From: Catajapyx aquilonaris
Lineage: Eukaryota
Length of the DNA stretch: 64,000 nt
NCBI GenBank assembly: GCA_000934665.2
Contig: JYFJ02001660.1
Location: forward strand, 1 to 64,000
Direction: 5' to 3'
Shown: one piece after another, positions 26,537 through 39,543 of the stretch
How positions within the stretch are numbered: position 1 is the first letter of the stretch
How the letters are laid out: each line of letters starts with the position of its first letter
The notes under the pieces: model-generated
Told to the model about the DNA's origin: nothing
The model's input: the letters and a program-made list of their open reading frames with translations, nothing else
Database searches by the model: none
Translations under genes and position numbers: made by a program

Positions 26537-28114
26537 ATGGTAACGTACACGTCTCGTTTATTATTAGATAGAGAAAAAAAAATGTGCATGGAAAAATGTT
26601 ATCAGTTTGTCCAGAGCCGTGTCATGTATTTGCATTGGATGTCATGAAGGTACTTATTGTCTCATCAATTGCAGGGCTGGAGTTACGTTCCCTTATGCTT
26701 TGTGAGCATATCTCTCCTGGCCCACCTGTCCATGAAGGAGTGTGATCCTGATGACCAGATGGCCGTCGAGTCTGGTTTGCTCGATAGCTCAAGGGACGAA
26801 ACTTTTCAGTTTCTTCTGCACACTGACACGGTCCCCAATGTACGTATTACAGTACCCAAAAGGTACCATCAATGTATGTTGATTTTTCACCTGCAGTAAT
26901 ATCTTTGGTCTAACAGGTAAGTGCTCCGAAAACGGTCAAGAGCCATACCAAATGCACAAATATTAAATAAGTATCTTCTGATTGTTCATGATGACTTAGG
27001 AATAAATCTTGATATACACTGTATTCCCAATTTTCTGGACTAATGACCGCGTGGGTGTTGCCGGATAATCAGAAAACATGGATATTAAATAGAAAATGGT
27101 TTGTAAAAGTGAGCTGCTCAGAGGTTTTAAATGAACTGCTGCACATCAAAATAATGAAATGTCCCACACATTTTCAAGGTGCGTTTACATTTGAGCGATT
27201 TGACGAGCGAAGTCGTCGCCGAGCGATGTAACCAATATTGTTTGAGGTGAAAGTAACAATCGATTTTCGCCTCCAACAATACTGGTTGCTTGGGTTACTC
27301 AGCAATGTTATGCTTGGCGATGACATCGCTCGTCAAATTACTCGCATGTAAACGCCACTTCAGTTTGTCTTCTGGAAAAAGCATGCTATGCATTTCAGTT
27401 GTTTGCATGCCATATTGACATTTTTTCAGACTCGTATTTATTTTCTTTTGTTTTGGAAGTGCATGGATAATCCGCAACATGGATAATCCGCACCCGGATA
27501 ATCGGGAGTACAGAGTGTATATTTGATGCATTTGCAAAATTATGGTCAATACAGACAGCTATATAGACAGTGAAGAAAAAAATTGTGCATTGAGCAAGGA
27601 TACATTTTAATCTAGTTTATTTTCTGTGCGGCAAAATATATGGGGATTTTATTACAAATAATAATGCTGCTTTTTTCAGTGGCTGTTTTGGGTGTCACAC
27701 TTCAGAGCCATGGACTCGCGCCTCCTAGGGCTCGGCAAGCGGTATGAAGCCACATTTGATGTGCCTTTTTATGGTGTGTACAGTTGCAGTATATCCACAT
27801 TTAATGCCGTTCCTGTCATCTCTAATGCGTTTTAAATTTTGACAATTTTAGGTCTGGTGCGAGTGCCATTGGAAGTTACGGACTACACCCCAAACATGGT
27901 CCTGGTTCTGAGCTCCAAAACTGGAATGCTGAGGCCCAGACTGGACATAATATGCTCTGACATGGGACCCAATAAGTCACGGCTCACTTTCAGGCTGAGC
28001 TTCAGAAGAACCTCTGTACTCTTTCAGAACACTGTTGGGAGGATCCTGAATTTTGTGTCCACGCAGCAGCTTCAGCGAGCTCTCTTGGCTCTCAGGTCAC
28101 TCATGCCAATCTGA
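26537..28114 (+). CDS. SRPBCC/START-superfamily (polyketide cyclase/dehydrase-like) protein with an N-terminal hydrophobic segment, about 174 aa
   Basis: Exons 26537-26539 (ATG|gt), 26675-26839, 27680-27773 and 27852-28114 join in frame: MGWSYVPLCFVSISLLAHLSM..AVESGLLDSSRDETFQFLLHTDTVPNWLFWVSHFRAMDSRLLGLGKRYEATF..EVTDYTPN..KSRLTFRL..QQLQRALLALRSLM. This matches the SRPBCC pattern by eye. Confidence 0.75.
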
Positions 28115-28412
28115 ACGTCCACATTGCAAGACATTCCCGTTATCATTGCACAAACTGTACCTCGTACTGTTACCAATAAATCATGCAATAACAAGTGCCT
28201 TCAATGCACTTGATTGATGGAAAAGTTCATAAATTTCATTATTAAATAAGTGGATCACATATGTTAATTTTCTGCAATTATAGGCTCAGACAGGAATTTA
28301 ATTGATGATAATTCATTCCAAATAATTTTATTTTTTTGTAAATAAAAGTCATTGTAAATGATTGTAGGAATTGTCCCATGTTGTTATGTGTACAGCATGT
28401 GGAATATCTTTT

Positions 28413-30268
28413 CTACTTAAGTTTTTTAATGTGTGCTCTTAGTTGTCGAAGATCTTCAAGTGCTGCTCGTGCAAGGTAAGCTTCAGGAGTACCCAGAGGT
28501 TCATACAGCAGCAGCCGTGTGCACTCGGTCAGCAACACTTCTGCTTCTTTGAGCTTTGCCTTCAGTTCTGATTTTGTAATCTCGCCCTTCTTACGACTCA
28601 TATGTGCCATCATTACCATTGGTCCCTGAAGCTCATGAAGAAGTACACCTGTAATGTATAATATTAATTAGTTAAAAGCACATTTTCTCATTGCAACGTC
28701 CGTACCTCTAAACCGGGATATTCCTGGATCCAAAACATTGGCCACTGCAAGAAGTTCCCTACAAAGCTGCGTCTGCCTCAACAAGTCTGACGGATTGGGG
28801 AATTCAGACTGCCTGCTCTTATCTGCGTAGACACGTAGCAGGATCTGCCTTAACTCCAGTAGGCAGCTGTGTTGTGGGTGAAGTGAACGTTGCAGTTTGG
28901 TCAGCAGCTTTTCTAGCGCTTCGGAATTTGGTCCGCAGTTTTCTATTGACATCTGCAGGTAATAAGATAACGTTCTCACATTGAGTTAATAAAAATTCAT
29001 GGCCGTTCTACATTACCTGGACATTGACAGCTAAAGTCTTCATGATCTGCTGGGACATAGTTCCTCGACAGCTTTTTTCACACTTCCACTCCTGGGTGGT
29101 TTTGAATGGTGTCGGTGGCAGTACAAACCCAGTTCGGCATTTTGTGCATCTTATTGCGCTCACATAAGTGCCCATTTCTGTCGGATCACTGCATCGACTG
29201 CATTCACAGTTTAAATATTTTCCTGAAAAGCTAGAGTTGTAGTCATGTGCAATTTTGAATTTTTGATGACTTGAGCTGCTTGTACAAGGCTCCTTTTCTG
29301 GAGAATTCATTACCTTCTCTTAAAAACTGTTGCCTTTGCGGAGTAGTATCTAACTCTCTAGTATAGTTCACAAGCAGGAGATTACCCTTTTTGATCTGTA
29401 ATCTAGCTCTAGCACGAAGTCGGAAGGTTGGATCCACCGACACCTGAACATTTCCAATGCAGCTATGAGCCATGAGGGACGCTCTTGGATACAAAGCACG
29501 GACAGGAGGACCTTCCGTTTGCCTGATAATTGTGAGAGAAAAATTAGTAATCCAATTTGACTCATTTGTGCAAGTGTACTTATGTGCTAAACTAACCCTT
29601 CCACATTAGGTCCCCTGACTTCAGAGGCATTGGCATCCAAAACTCCACAAATAATTTGGACCTTATCCTCCTCTCCATCCTGGACCACTCCGACCCTCTT
29701 TAAAACCGGTGTAAGTTGATCCCGGTTGTGGATCCACACTGGACCATCCTTCCTCTTGTCCAGATGAGCCTCCATCTCCATCACGACTTTCTCTGCCTCG
29801 GGACTGCCCTGGAGTCTTCGCAAGCATCGCATCGGAAGGACAAATTCCAGGATTCTAGATTCGGCCATGTCTCCATGTGTGACCCATTTTAAAATTCCAG
29901 ACACATTTTTCAGTGTTTGGCATTCTGATGAGTGTGTCGGACTTTTCTCACAGTTTTGGTCGCACAGTGGGGCTGAGCATGTTTTGCATGTGTATAGCTT
30001 GTGAGGTAGTAGCAGTGAGAGGCAGTTTAGACACAAGGGTGGCCCCTGGGCAGGAGGACCCACCGCATATGGCATATCCTCTAAAACAATCTCACCTGCT
30101 GAAACGTCTCTGGCTGCTACCAAATACCTATATCAACAATATTTAAAAAATGTACAAATATGTAAAATAATTTGATTCAATTTTTAATTCATCACCTTAC
30201 CTGCCAAACTTTGCGTTGCACAATATCTCGAATTTTTGGTCCTCTGGCTTCTTATTTTTTGACGCCAT
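28413..30268 (-). CDS. SET and MYND domain protein, arthropod SmydA/msta type, 6 exons
   Basis: Exons approx. 30268-30201, 30128-29597, 29523-29334, 29223-29017, 28952-28707, 28648-28413. Motifs FGRYLVAARDV..GE, MYND CxxC..CxxC..C...C..H...C, MAHSC, post-SET CECSRCSDPTE, LHPQH, LDPGISRFRG.LLHEL and LLYEP. Confidence 0.92.
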
Positions 30269-31166
30269 CTGCATAATAATGCAACACAAGTTATTATGCA
30301 TAATAATTGTTCATCTTAGAACTTTAATTTCACAGGGGAGAAGGCATACCAAAAAAAAGCCTAATTAAAGAGAAGCAACAATCATGACAACTATTGCTTC
30401 CAACTGGTTGCTGATGTGATATACAATCCAACAACTTTGAACTTGCATGAGCAGTGTTTGAGACTTTATGTTATGAAACTTACCCTTTTAATCCAGACAA
30501 GTTTTTATCCTTTCAGAGGATAATATCAGATGCTACTGCACTCCCTAGCTGCATATAATAGGCTGGGACAGAAATAGAACTTGGGGAGATGCGGCTGCTA
30601 AATATATTCGCCAAAAGCCCAGGCACTATTCAGACTGGACGCACTAAAAATATAAATTATGTTTCCTCTTTTTGACAAATAATTCTGCTAAACACAGCCA
30701 AAAAATAAATGATTCGCAATAGGTAAATGCGTTTGATGTTTTGAGGATGTGATTTACACTTTTGTCAATTTTTTTAAAAATTTAAAAATTATTGGAACTA
30801 ATGCAATAATTGATGTCCTTATTGTTAGTCATATTTCTAAGAAAGTTTAGCAGCAAGCTAATGGTGAGAATATTTCTGTTCATATTGTAGTCATAAGTTC
30901 AAAAATAAATGTACTTGTATACTTGTAGTATCATACAAGATCTTATGGTAAATGCGCCTAAATGATGGGTCCAATGACTGAAAAAATACTTGGCATGTAC
31001 TCTGCGTCAATTTTCAAGCCAAAAAGGTCCATCACCTTTTGAGAGCTAAAAATACGTTGCATTTTACATACAAACCAGAAGTGCAGTACTTGCAGGAGGA
31101 AATTGGTGCGGGTCAGTTGTAGGAAACTCTGTGTGGGGAAATTATTTTGATTATTCATTTTGAATA

Positions 31167-33198
31167 ATGCCTCTGAAAGTTGTGGCAACCGCTTCGGATT
31201 CTGAGCGTCACTTGGAAGATGTCGAATCGCTGATTTTTCACCAAGGGAAACTCTACAGTGGCGGAGACGAGGGAAAAATTAAGGTTTCTGGATTTAATTA
31301 ACAGTATAATATAGATTGGGTTCACACGGGTGTGTCGTTGGTCGTTTTGGTTTGGATGTTCTAATCAACATCCAGCCATGCCTGCCCTAATTGGTGTGAT
31401 TAGGTGACGAAAGTGTGACAGTGAAAAACGTTCTCCTTTCTTCTAATATTAATTAGACTAATTATAATTATTTTTAAATATTTTTTTGATTGGCCAGGTG
31501 AAAAATTCTGCAAAATAATACAGCATAATACTTGTGTGTTTAGGTGACATAAATAATTTTAGCCACAAATTTAAGTCCTTACAATGTTCACCTCTGTGAA
31601 AAATTGTGATATTATATAACATCACAATTTTTTAAAAGGGGAAAAACTTGAAAAATTAATATTATAATGACTCCCATATTGGAGTAATTATAATTACCTT
31701 TTCAAGTTTTTGTTATAGCCTGGTGAGCAATAAATTTTGATAAATAATACAGCAATCTGCTGCACATACCTTGCAATATTTTGAAGTCACATTTGCTTTA
31801 AAAATTGAATTTTTACATCATGCAGTGACAAGCCAACGACAACCACCTAAAAACAACGACTCCTTTGTGAACCCATAGAGTTATCCTGACAGGTCTGGGA
31901 TGCGAATCTTCACCTTCTGGACGAATTCCAAGCACATCCTGTTGGTGTATCCCATATCGAAGCTGCAGGTGAAGCCCTGTACTCGTGCTCCAGCGAGGGT
32001 GGAATCAACGAGTGGACGTCGTCCAACGGAAACAATGGGGACATGATGAGCCATTGGGAGCTGAAGAGGAAGATGACCGGAGTTATTCCGGCTGCTTTTA
32101 CCAGAATCAGGGCCTCTGAAGGGCGTCTGTTTGGAGGAGACGAGTACGGAGGGGTCAGTCACATTTGCTGTCACAGAATGTGGCATCATGGTGCTAATAT
32201 CAATTAATTTGAATAAGGTTGGAGTATGGGAAGATGGCATGTTGGTGTGTGTATACTCTCTGGTGGAGGAAGTTTGGGATCTTCATGTTGACAGAGAGCT
32301 TTTGTATTCTGTACGAGACAAGGATGTGGTCATCACCAAGATGATGCCAGGTATATAACGACCCGCATCCTCAAAATGTTCATAATTATATTTTTAGCTA
32401 ATTTTCAGGCGCGTCCCATCGGTATTGCACCAAGGCAACAATGGAGGGCAGAGGTCCCATGTGCGTGGTGGACGACAAACTCTGCTTCGTCACCAGGGAC
32501 GGCATGGGCGTGCATGTCCACAGAGACGGACACGACTTCTGCAGGCTCTCCACACTCAAGGTGCACTTCCTTGCCTAAGAAATAATATTTCCTGCAATAA
32601 TGCATTGTGCATGCAAGTAATCCACAATTTCCCATCTGCACGAAGAAAATGCATGTAATTTATTTGCACGAAAGATTCAAGTACAGGGAAACAAATTGAC
32701 CTCAAATATGTATCCTTTATTGAACATAAACATTTTAAAAATCTATGTGAAATTTTACGCTACCGCAAGTTGTGCAACTTACGCAATATTTATTAATGAT
32801 TTATTACTGCTGTATGTGTACTTACGTGTACTTTATACTGTACATGTACTTACTTATGTGTTCTTATACTCACTAATATACGTGTACTTTATACTGTACG
32901 TGTACTTTATACTGTACGAGTGTACGTGTATACACTTTATACTTAATTCTTATATCGTATGGACTATGGACATCAGGGTCATGAATTGATAGTGAAGGCT
33001 CTGTGCGGAGAGAATGGGAAGCTGTTCAGCAGCGGCTGGGACGGCACAGTGATCCAATGGGACCTGGGTTCGAGTCTCCCCAACGACTCGTTGAAACTGG
33101 ACGTCAACGTCAACGTCCTTTGCCAGGGCCCAAGCGGACGCGTCTTTGCCGCAGGAAGTGGAGGAATGCTCTGCGCCCTTCAGAACACTACACCTTAG
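31167..33198 (+). CDS. WD40-repeat beta-propeller protein, 5 exons
   Basis: Exons 31167-31283, 31893-32153, 32218-32350, 32409-32560 and 32977-33198. Motifs LYSGGDEGKIKVWD and GHELIV..LFSSGWDGTVIQWD. AATAAA at about 33258. Confidence 0.85.
31317..31875. mobile_element. Degenerate TIR element filling WD40 intron 1
   Basis: tgggttcaca..gtcgttg at the left end and caacgac..tgtgaaccca at the right end enclose an AT-rich interior. No clear TSD. Confidence 0.5.
32805..32945. repeat. Degenerate tandem repeat (cgtgtactttatactgta, about 18 bp)
   Basis: The motif recurs at least 3-4 times within the last WD40 intron. Confidence 0.6.
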
Positions 33199-33444
33199 TC
33201 GAATCAAGTACACCTGGGCGCTGTTTTGTATACATTTTTTGTACACATTTTCTAGTCAATAAACAATTTGAATATTGGCGGGGCAATCTGCGCTTCCCTT
33301 TTTGTCCGGCAGATGTCGCGACGATCGGTATCGTCAGGTATCGTATCGCGTATCGTCCTGAAGGTCATCATGTGCTACTTGACCACGCACTGGACAAGGT
33401 GACAATTTCTTTGGCAGGACAAAATAGGGTGGACTCCACAGGCC

Positions 33445-35985
33445 ATGTCCAGGTCTGCCGTAGCCAGGAGACTCAGCACCCTGCTGGGCAGAAGGACACC
33501 CGCACTTCCCAACAGAATTTGCAGGTGCATCACTGGAACACAGGTTTACACTTATTTTTTAATATTATTATCCTCAGATTATCCGACCATGCATCGGTCA
33601 TGTATGGTAATTTAAAAAATTAAGGCCAAAAATTACTGGAGCATTACAGTTGATTCGATCCCTTTGTTTACTGCAGGTGGAAGACCCTGTGCCGTTGTTC
33701 CTAAGGGCGCTGAGGTATCCAGATCGCACTGCTATAAGCGACCAGTATGGGAAGTTCACTTATGGGGATCTGTTCACACGAGCTGGAGTCTTGTCCGCCA
33801 AAATTAAGGAGGCGCTTGGCCCTGAAAGTCAGCAGGAGAGAGTGGCCTACCTGTGCACTAGTGACGTTACCTATGTCACCAGCCAGTGGGCTGTTTGGAT
33901 GGCAGGGCATGTCGGTTGGTGACTTGATTCAAGTCGTTGCAATATGCGTACGGTGTAAACATTTCGTTGTCACATTGCAGGTGTGCCGCTGTCACCGATG
34001 CATCCTCCGTCTCTCCTGGAGTACATGCTGACCGACTCTGAATCGAAGCTCCTTCTGTTCTCCGACTCTCTCTCAGAAATGGTGACTCCGCTTTTGAAAT
34101 CCACTCGCAACCCTCCTCAGGCCATTCCTGTCCGTCCAGATGATGCCTACTGCGCTATCCCTCATTCAGCCTCAGATTGGGTCCAGGATCCTGATTATTA
34201 CTGGCGTAACTTGGGTCTGATCCTATACACAAGCGGCACCACCGGAAAACCGAAGGGAGCAATGCTGACCCATCGGAACCTGTATTCCATGGTCCATAAC
34301 TTAGTGACAGCTTGGGGTTTTACCCAGGACGACAACTGCCTGCACGTATTGCCTCTGAACCACATGCATGGAATCGTTAACGCTCTTATGGTTCCACTCC
34401 AAGTCGGGGCAAGGTAAGCTCTATATTTCTCCCCCATGTTTTTCAAAGAAATTGTGGTTTTCACCTGATGTATTCGCCGATATCATGTAGACATTCCGTA
34501 CTGGCAAACTGCATGTTGTTACTGCCACCGGATGGGAATTTACAAAAATCTGGTCACCTCAGCAATCTGTGTGCACGTCACATCAATTTTGCATATTACT
34601 TTCCAGATGCACCATGCTTCCGAAATTTGACGCCCATGCTACTTGGGGTCATCTCCTCTCTCTGAAGGCATCCACCAAGGACCAGATCACGGTGTTCACC
34701 GCAGTGCCCACGATCTACTCTCTCTTAATCAAGGACTACAAGGAACGCTTCAGTCACAAGAGCAGGGCTCAGGATTACGTGAAAGCCGTTTGCCAGCAGA
34801 AGTTGCGACTCATGATGTGCGGGTCTGCGTCATTGCCTACTTCGGATTTCTACAAGTGGGCCGAGGTGAGTGGGCACCAGCTGCTGGAGAGGTTCGGGAT
34901 GACTGAGATTGGAATGGCCCTCTCTAGTCCACTGCATGGCGAAAGGAAGCCTGGTAAGTTTAACATCTGCTCATATCATATGCCAGGAAAATATGCTGAA
35001 TATTCTCTGGAAAGCTGCAAATTTCAGAGTTCTTTGACAGACAGATTTCACTGAACTTTTTAAATGCTTGGCGCAGGATACGTTGGGAACCCCCTTCCGA
35101 CAGTGCAGGTTCGGATTGGCGTATCAGAGGGACTCAAGAGTGACAAGGTGTACACCACTCTGGCAGAGGGGACCTTCTTTGGTACCAAAGTGACCCCAGG
35201 TCAGGAGGGAAAGCCAGGAGAGTTGCTCGTACATGGACCCTCTGTCTTTAAGGGGTACTGGAAGAAGCCTCAGGAGACTGCTGACACATTCGCTGTTGAT
35301 GGGTGGTTCAAGACAGGTAGGCTTTTCTCGCATTTGTGTCCACAATTATGAAGATCTATCATACAAAAATGCCATTTTCCACAAGGGGACACGGCTGTGT
35401 ACCAAAATGGCTCATACAAGATCCTGGGCCGTACGTCGGTGGACATCATTAAAACAGGCGGATTCAAAGTCAGTGCTTTGGAGGTGGAATCAGTGCTGTT
35501 GAATCATTCGGTTGTGGAAGAATGCGCTGTAATTGGTCAACCTGATCCAATCTGGGGGAATAAGGTTTGTGGTCTTTCATTACAAATTCTCTGTAGAGTC
35601 GTGCACTGCTAAAGCCTTTAATTGAAGCGGTATACAGGCAAAGAAGTTCGGATTTGTATAAAACATGCAGGCTTTGCTAAGTGGTTACTCTGTACAGATC
35701 TAGGAACCATTCTGCATAACTCATGTACACTGATTTCTTGTTATGTACATCTGTAGTACCTATGGTTTTTTTTGTGTGTTAATACATTTTAATATAAAAC
35801 AGGTCATGGCCTTAGTTGTACTAAAGCCAAATGAGAAATTCACGAAGGATGAAATGAAGGCGTGGGCTGCGAAAGAACTTCCACCGTATGCAGTTCCCAC
35901 AGAAATGAAACAAGTAGATGAGCTTCCGAGAAATGCCTTGGGTAAAGTTAATAAGAAGGAGCTGCAAAGTATGTTTACAACCTGA
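33445..35985 (+). CDS. ACSF3: Malonate-CoA ligase / acyl-CoA synthetase family member 3, copy 1 (mitochondrial), 7 exons
   Basis: Exons approx. 33445-33543, 33677-33914, 33981-34413, 34607-34953, 35077-35317, 35386-35564, 35803-35985. Arg-rich, acid-free presequence [17 protein letters not shown]. Motifs [51 protein letters not shown]. Confidence 0.93.
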
Positions 35986-36673
35986 TTAGGAACATGTAAA
36001 CAATGTTAGTGATGTGTATTATGCTACGTGATGATGATAATCATATTTTCCAAGTGTGGTGCATCCAATTTTGGTTTGCACTCTATTATTTTGTAATTAA
36101 TAAAGCTGTATTCTTAACATGTATTTTTAAAACAAAAGACTGGAAATACAAATAAATATTTTTACCTTTGAGATAGTTATGTTCTGGGTTTTTTCAGGTG
36201 TGTGTGTGTCAAGTGGCGTGGTGTTTTTACTCGTGTACCGATGCCTGTAATACTTCTGCGTTAAAAGATTTACTTTTTCAAGCGTAATTCAAATGATTTC
36301 TTGCTGTTTGCGAACATCAGTCAGTATTGCAATATGACCTTTTTAGACATAGGAACTCTTTGAAAAGTTGCTCAGTTTTACATGCGGAAAAAATTATGCT
36401 AGGCTAGAGATACTGATATCTGTAATGTAGATATCCCAGTATTTATTCCCCTTCTTTTTCTTATGACCGTTATGTAATTTATGAGTGAATTTTGTTATCG
36501 TACTTCTCATGTCATTCTATGGTCTACACTTATCCTCACTGTGGCAACATTGTGTGTGTGTGTCAAGGACAAGGTTCGGTGATTAAACTCCTTTCAGCAA
36601 CATGGCGCTGCAGTGGTCAAGTGAAGAGGGCAGGAAACTTTCACTTCTGTTGAGAGTCTACTTGGCATAACAA

Positions 36674-39543
36674 ATGGCAGGATCGCTAGTGCAGAGAATG
36701 TCTCCTTCCACGGCCATGCTGCGAAAGGCATTGGCGACTTGTGGTTGTAATCAGATCAACAGAGGTTACATCACTGGATCACAGGTGATACACTGATAGT
36801 GCAAGCTTATAAATGTCACACTTGTAATTATCGAGGAAAATTTAGAATGGAAATCTAAATTTTTGTGCATTAGAATGTGAATGGTATACATTTTTCAGGG
36901 AGAAGATCCGGAACCTTTATTCCTAAATGCACTCAAATATCCCAATCGCATTGCGCTGAAGGACCAGTATGGAAATTACACTTACGAGGAATTGTTCTGC
37001 AGGAGCCAGTCACTTGCTACGAAAATTAAGGAAGCCCTGGGCCCTGCGAGTGAGCAAGAGAGGGTTGCTTACCTGTGCACTAGTGACATTACCTACGTCA
37101 CTAGCCAGTGGGCAGTTTGGATGGCAGGGCACATTGGTTGGTAATTTTTTTTAAATTAAATAATTAAACCAGTTTACACTAACTAATAATATAAAAAAAT
37201 TATAAATGAAATATTGTTACAGTGACAAGTGAGGCGATGAGGAAAGTAGAAATTGATGTCAATTTTTTATTGTCTTTATTACGGATAAAGGCTAAATTCC
37301 AAGTGATATATGACAGAAGTGTATCACAAATATATTATCCAGAGACCTACAAAAAGATAATGTAAACACACTTTTTTGTACATTGCAGGTGTGCCTCTGT
37401 CACCCATGCACCCTCCATTACTTATGAATTACATGATGAATGACTCCGAATCCAGTCTGCTCCTCTTCTCTGAATCACTGTCAGAAAGTGTGCTCCCTCT
37501 CCTAAAGTCCAGTCGTGAACATCCTCGGGTGATCCCAGTGTCTCCAGAATATTCCTTCTGCGCCACTCCTGACACCACTTCAAGTTCAGTACACTCTCCA
37601 GAGTTTAATTGGAGTCAACCTGGTCTGATTGTGTACACAAGCGGAACCACAGGGAGGCCTAAAGGTGTGGTTTTGAGTCACCAGAATCTTTATGCTAACG
37701 TCAAAAACATGGTTACTGCCTGGGGATGGACCAAGGAGGACAACATACTTCACATACTACCCTTGAACCATGTTCATGGGATTATCATTTCTCTTATGGT
37801 TCCGCTGCAGATTGGGGCAAAGTGAGTTGGTTCATCATACGCTTTGAATGCTGTCATTATTTGAAGGCTCAGTGTTAGCATTTAATTTTAAGATAGCGCA
37901 GATTGAAAGAGGCAAATGAAAAATCCTTTCTAAGGTTTTATAATGGCAGATAGCAATGCTACCCCATTTTTGGGTTAATGCCGTGATGTAATGAATGAAT
38001 GAAAGATATCAATAATAACTGCACTTTTCTCTCTAGATGCACAATGCTTCCGAAATTTGATGCCTTGTCAGTGTGGAATCATTTTTTGGAGACATACGCA
38101 TCCCATGAGGACCTAATTACAGTATTCACAGGAGTGCCCACTGTCTACTATCTTCTTGTAAAGAGCTACAGAGAGAATTTCAGTCAGAAGAGAGAAGCAA
38201 GAGATTCTGTAAGATCAGTTTGTGAGCAGAGGATACGCCTGATGATGAGTGGGTCTGCCTCCTTGCCTACCTCTGCTTTCCATGAATGGGCTGAAATCAC
38301 TGGACATGAGTTGCAGGAGAGGTATGGGATGACTGAGGCTGGGGTTGTCCTGTGCAATCCTTTACGTGGAGAGAGAAAGCCTGGTAAAGTTTGCAATATG
38401 TCGGAGCATCCCGGACATTGAAAGCTTATTTATAGGGCTGCATGGTGATGTATATGTGTTTCATGCAGCCAGATTATTTCTCGACAAAGTGACTGAGTTG
38501 CTACTTCTTGAAAGCATCACTACCACGCAGATTTCTGAGAATAGAAAGATTACAACCCACTATTCAATGTTTAATGTGGTATTCCAAGAAGGGCTTTGTC
38601 AATGAATAGGTGTCTGTGTAAACAGTTGTAGTGTGAAAGACTAGGGAAGATAAACTGTCATGACCTATATAAATAGCTACAGATTTAGCTCCAAAATATT
38701 TGATGATTATTGTGCAAATTCAAACAGGCATTTACTTGACAGGGTATGTCGGAAACCCTCTGCCAACAATGAAAGTGCGAATTGAGACACCTGAGGGTAA
38801 CAATGATGGAACAATCATCACTCTGGCAGAGGGAGACTTTTTTGGTACTGAAATGACCATGGGTCAGGAGAATAAGCCAGGAGAAATACTTGTGCAAGGA
38901 CCGTCTGTTTTTCAGGGATATTGGAATAGACCTATGGAAACTGCAGACTCATTCACTCGTGATGGATGGTTCAGGACAGGTAATGACCACTCTCTGCTGT
39001 TAATGACAACCTCACAACTGTTGAGAATTGTATTTGAAGAGACGCATTGACCATCCATACTCTTTCCACTTGCTATCAGGTGACACTGCCATGTACCAAA
39101 ACGGTTCATACAAAATCCTTGGGCGTACGTCCGTGGACATAATAAAGACAGGTGGATATAAAGTCAGTGCACTGGAGGTTGAATCAGTGCTCCTGACCCA
39201 CCCTTCTGTGAATGAATGTGCTGTGATTGGAATTCCAGATGGTACCTGGGGACAAAAGGTTTGTTTCCGTTTCATTAATTTTTTTTCACAGTTTTGTCAT
39301 TACATATTTAATGTGCTTTATGGAGCTGATTATTTACCATATACTTTCTTTAAACAACAGGTTACTGCTGTGGTTGTTATAAAACCAAATGAAAAGTTCA
39401 CTCTGGATCAAATGAAGACATGGATTGCAAAACAGCTGCCACCGTACGCAATCCCTAAAGAAATGAAGAAGGTAAACGAACTACCCAAAAATGCAATGGG
39501 TAAAATTAATAAGAAGGAACTTATTACACTTCTTATAAAATGA
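36674..39543 (+). CDS. ACSF3: ACSF3-like acyl-CoA synthetase, tandem copy 2, 7 exons
   Basis: Same exon structure as copy 1 (approx. 36674-36784, 36899-37136, 37389-37821, 38037-38383, 38743-38979, 39080-39258, 39361-39543). Motifs YTSGTTGRPKG, QERYGMTEAG, PKNAMGKINK. No frameshift or stop was seen. Confidence 0.9.

Noticed and set aside
33003..33623. 206-aa ORF
   Set aside because: It is an off-frame read-through across the WD40 last exon, the intergenic DNA and ACSF3 exon 1, with no recognisable domain.
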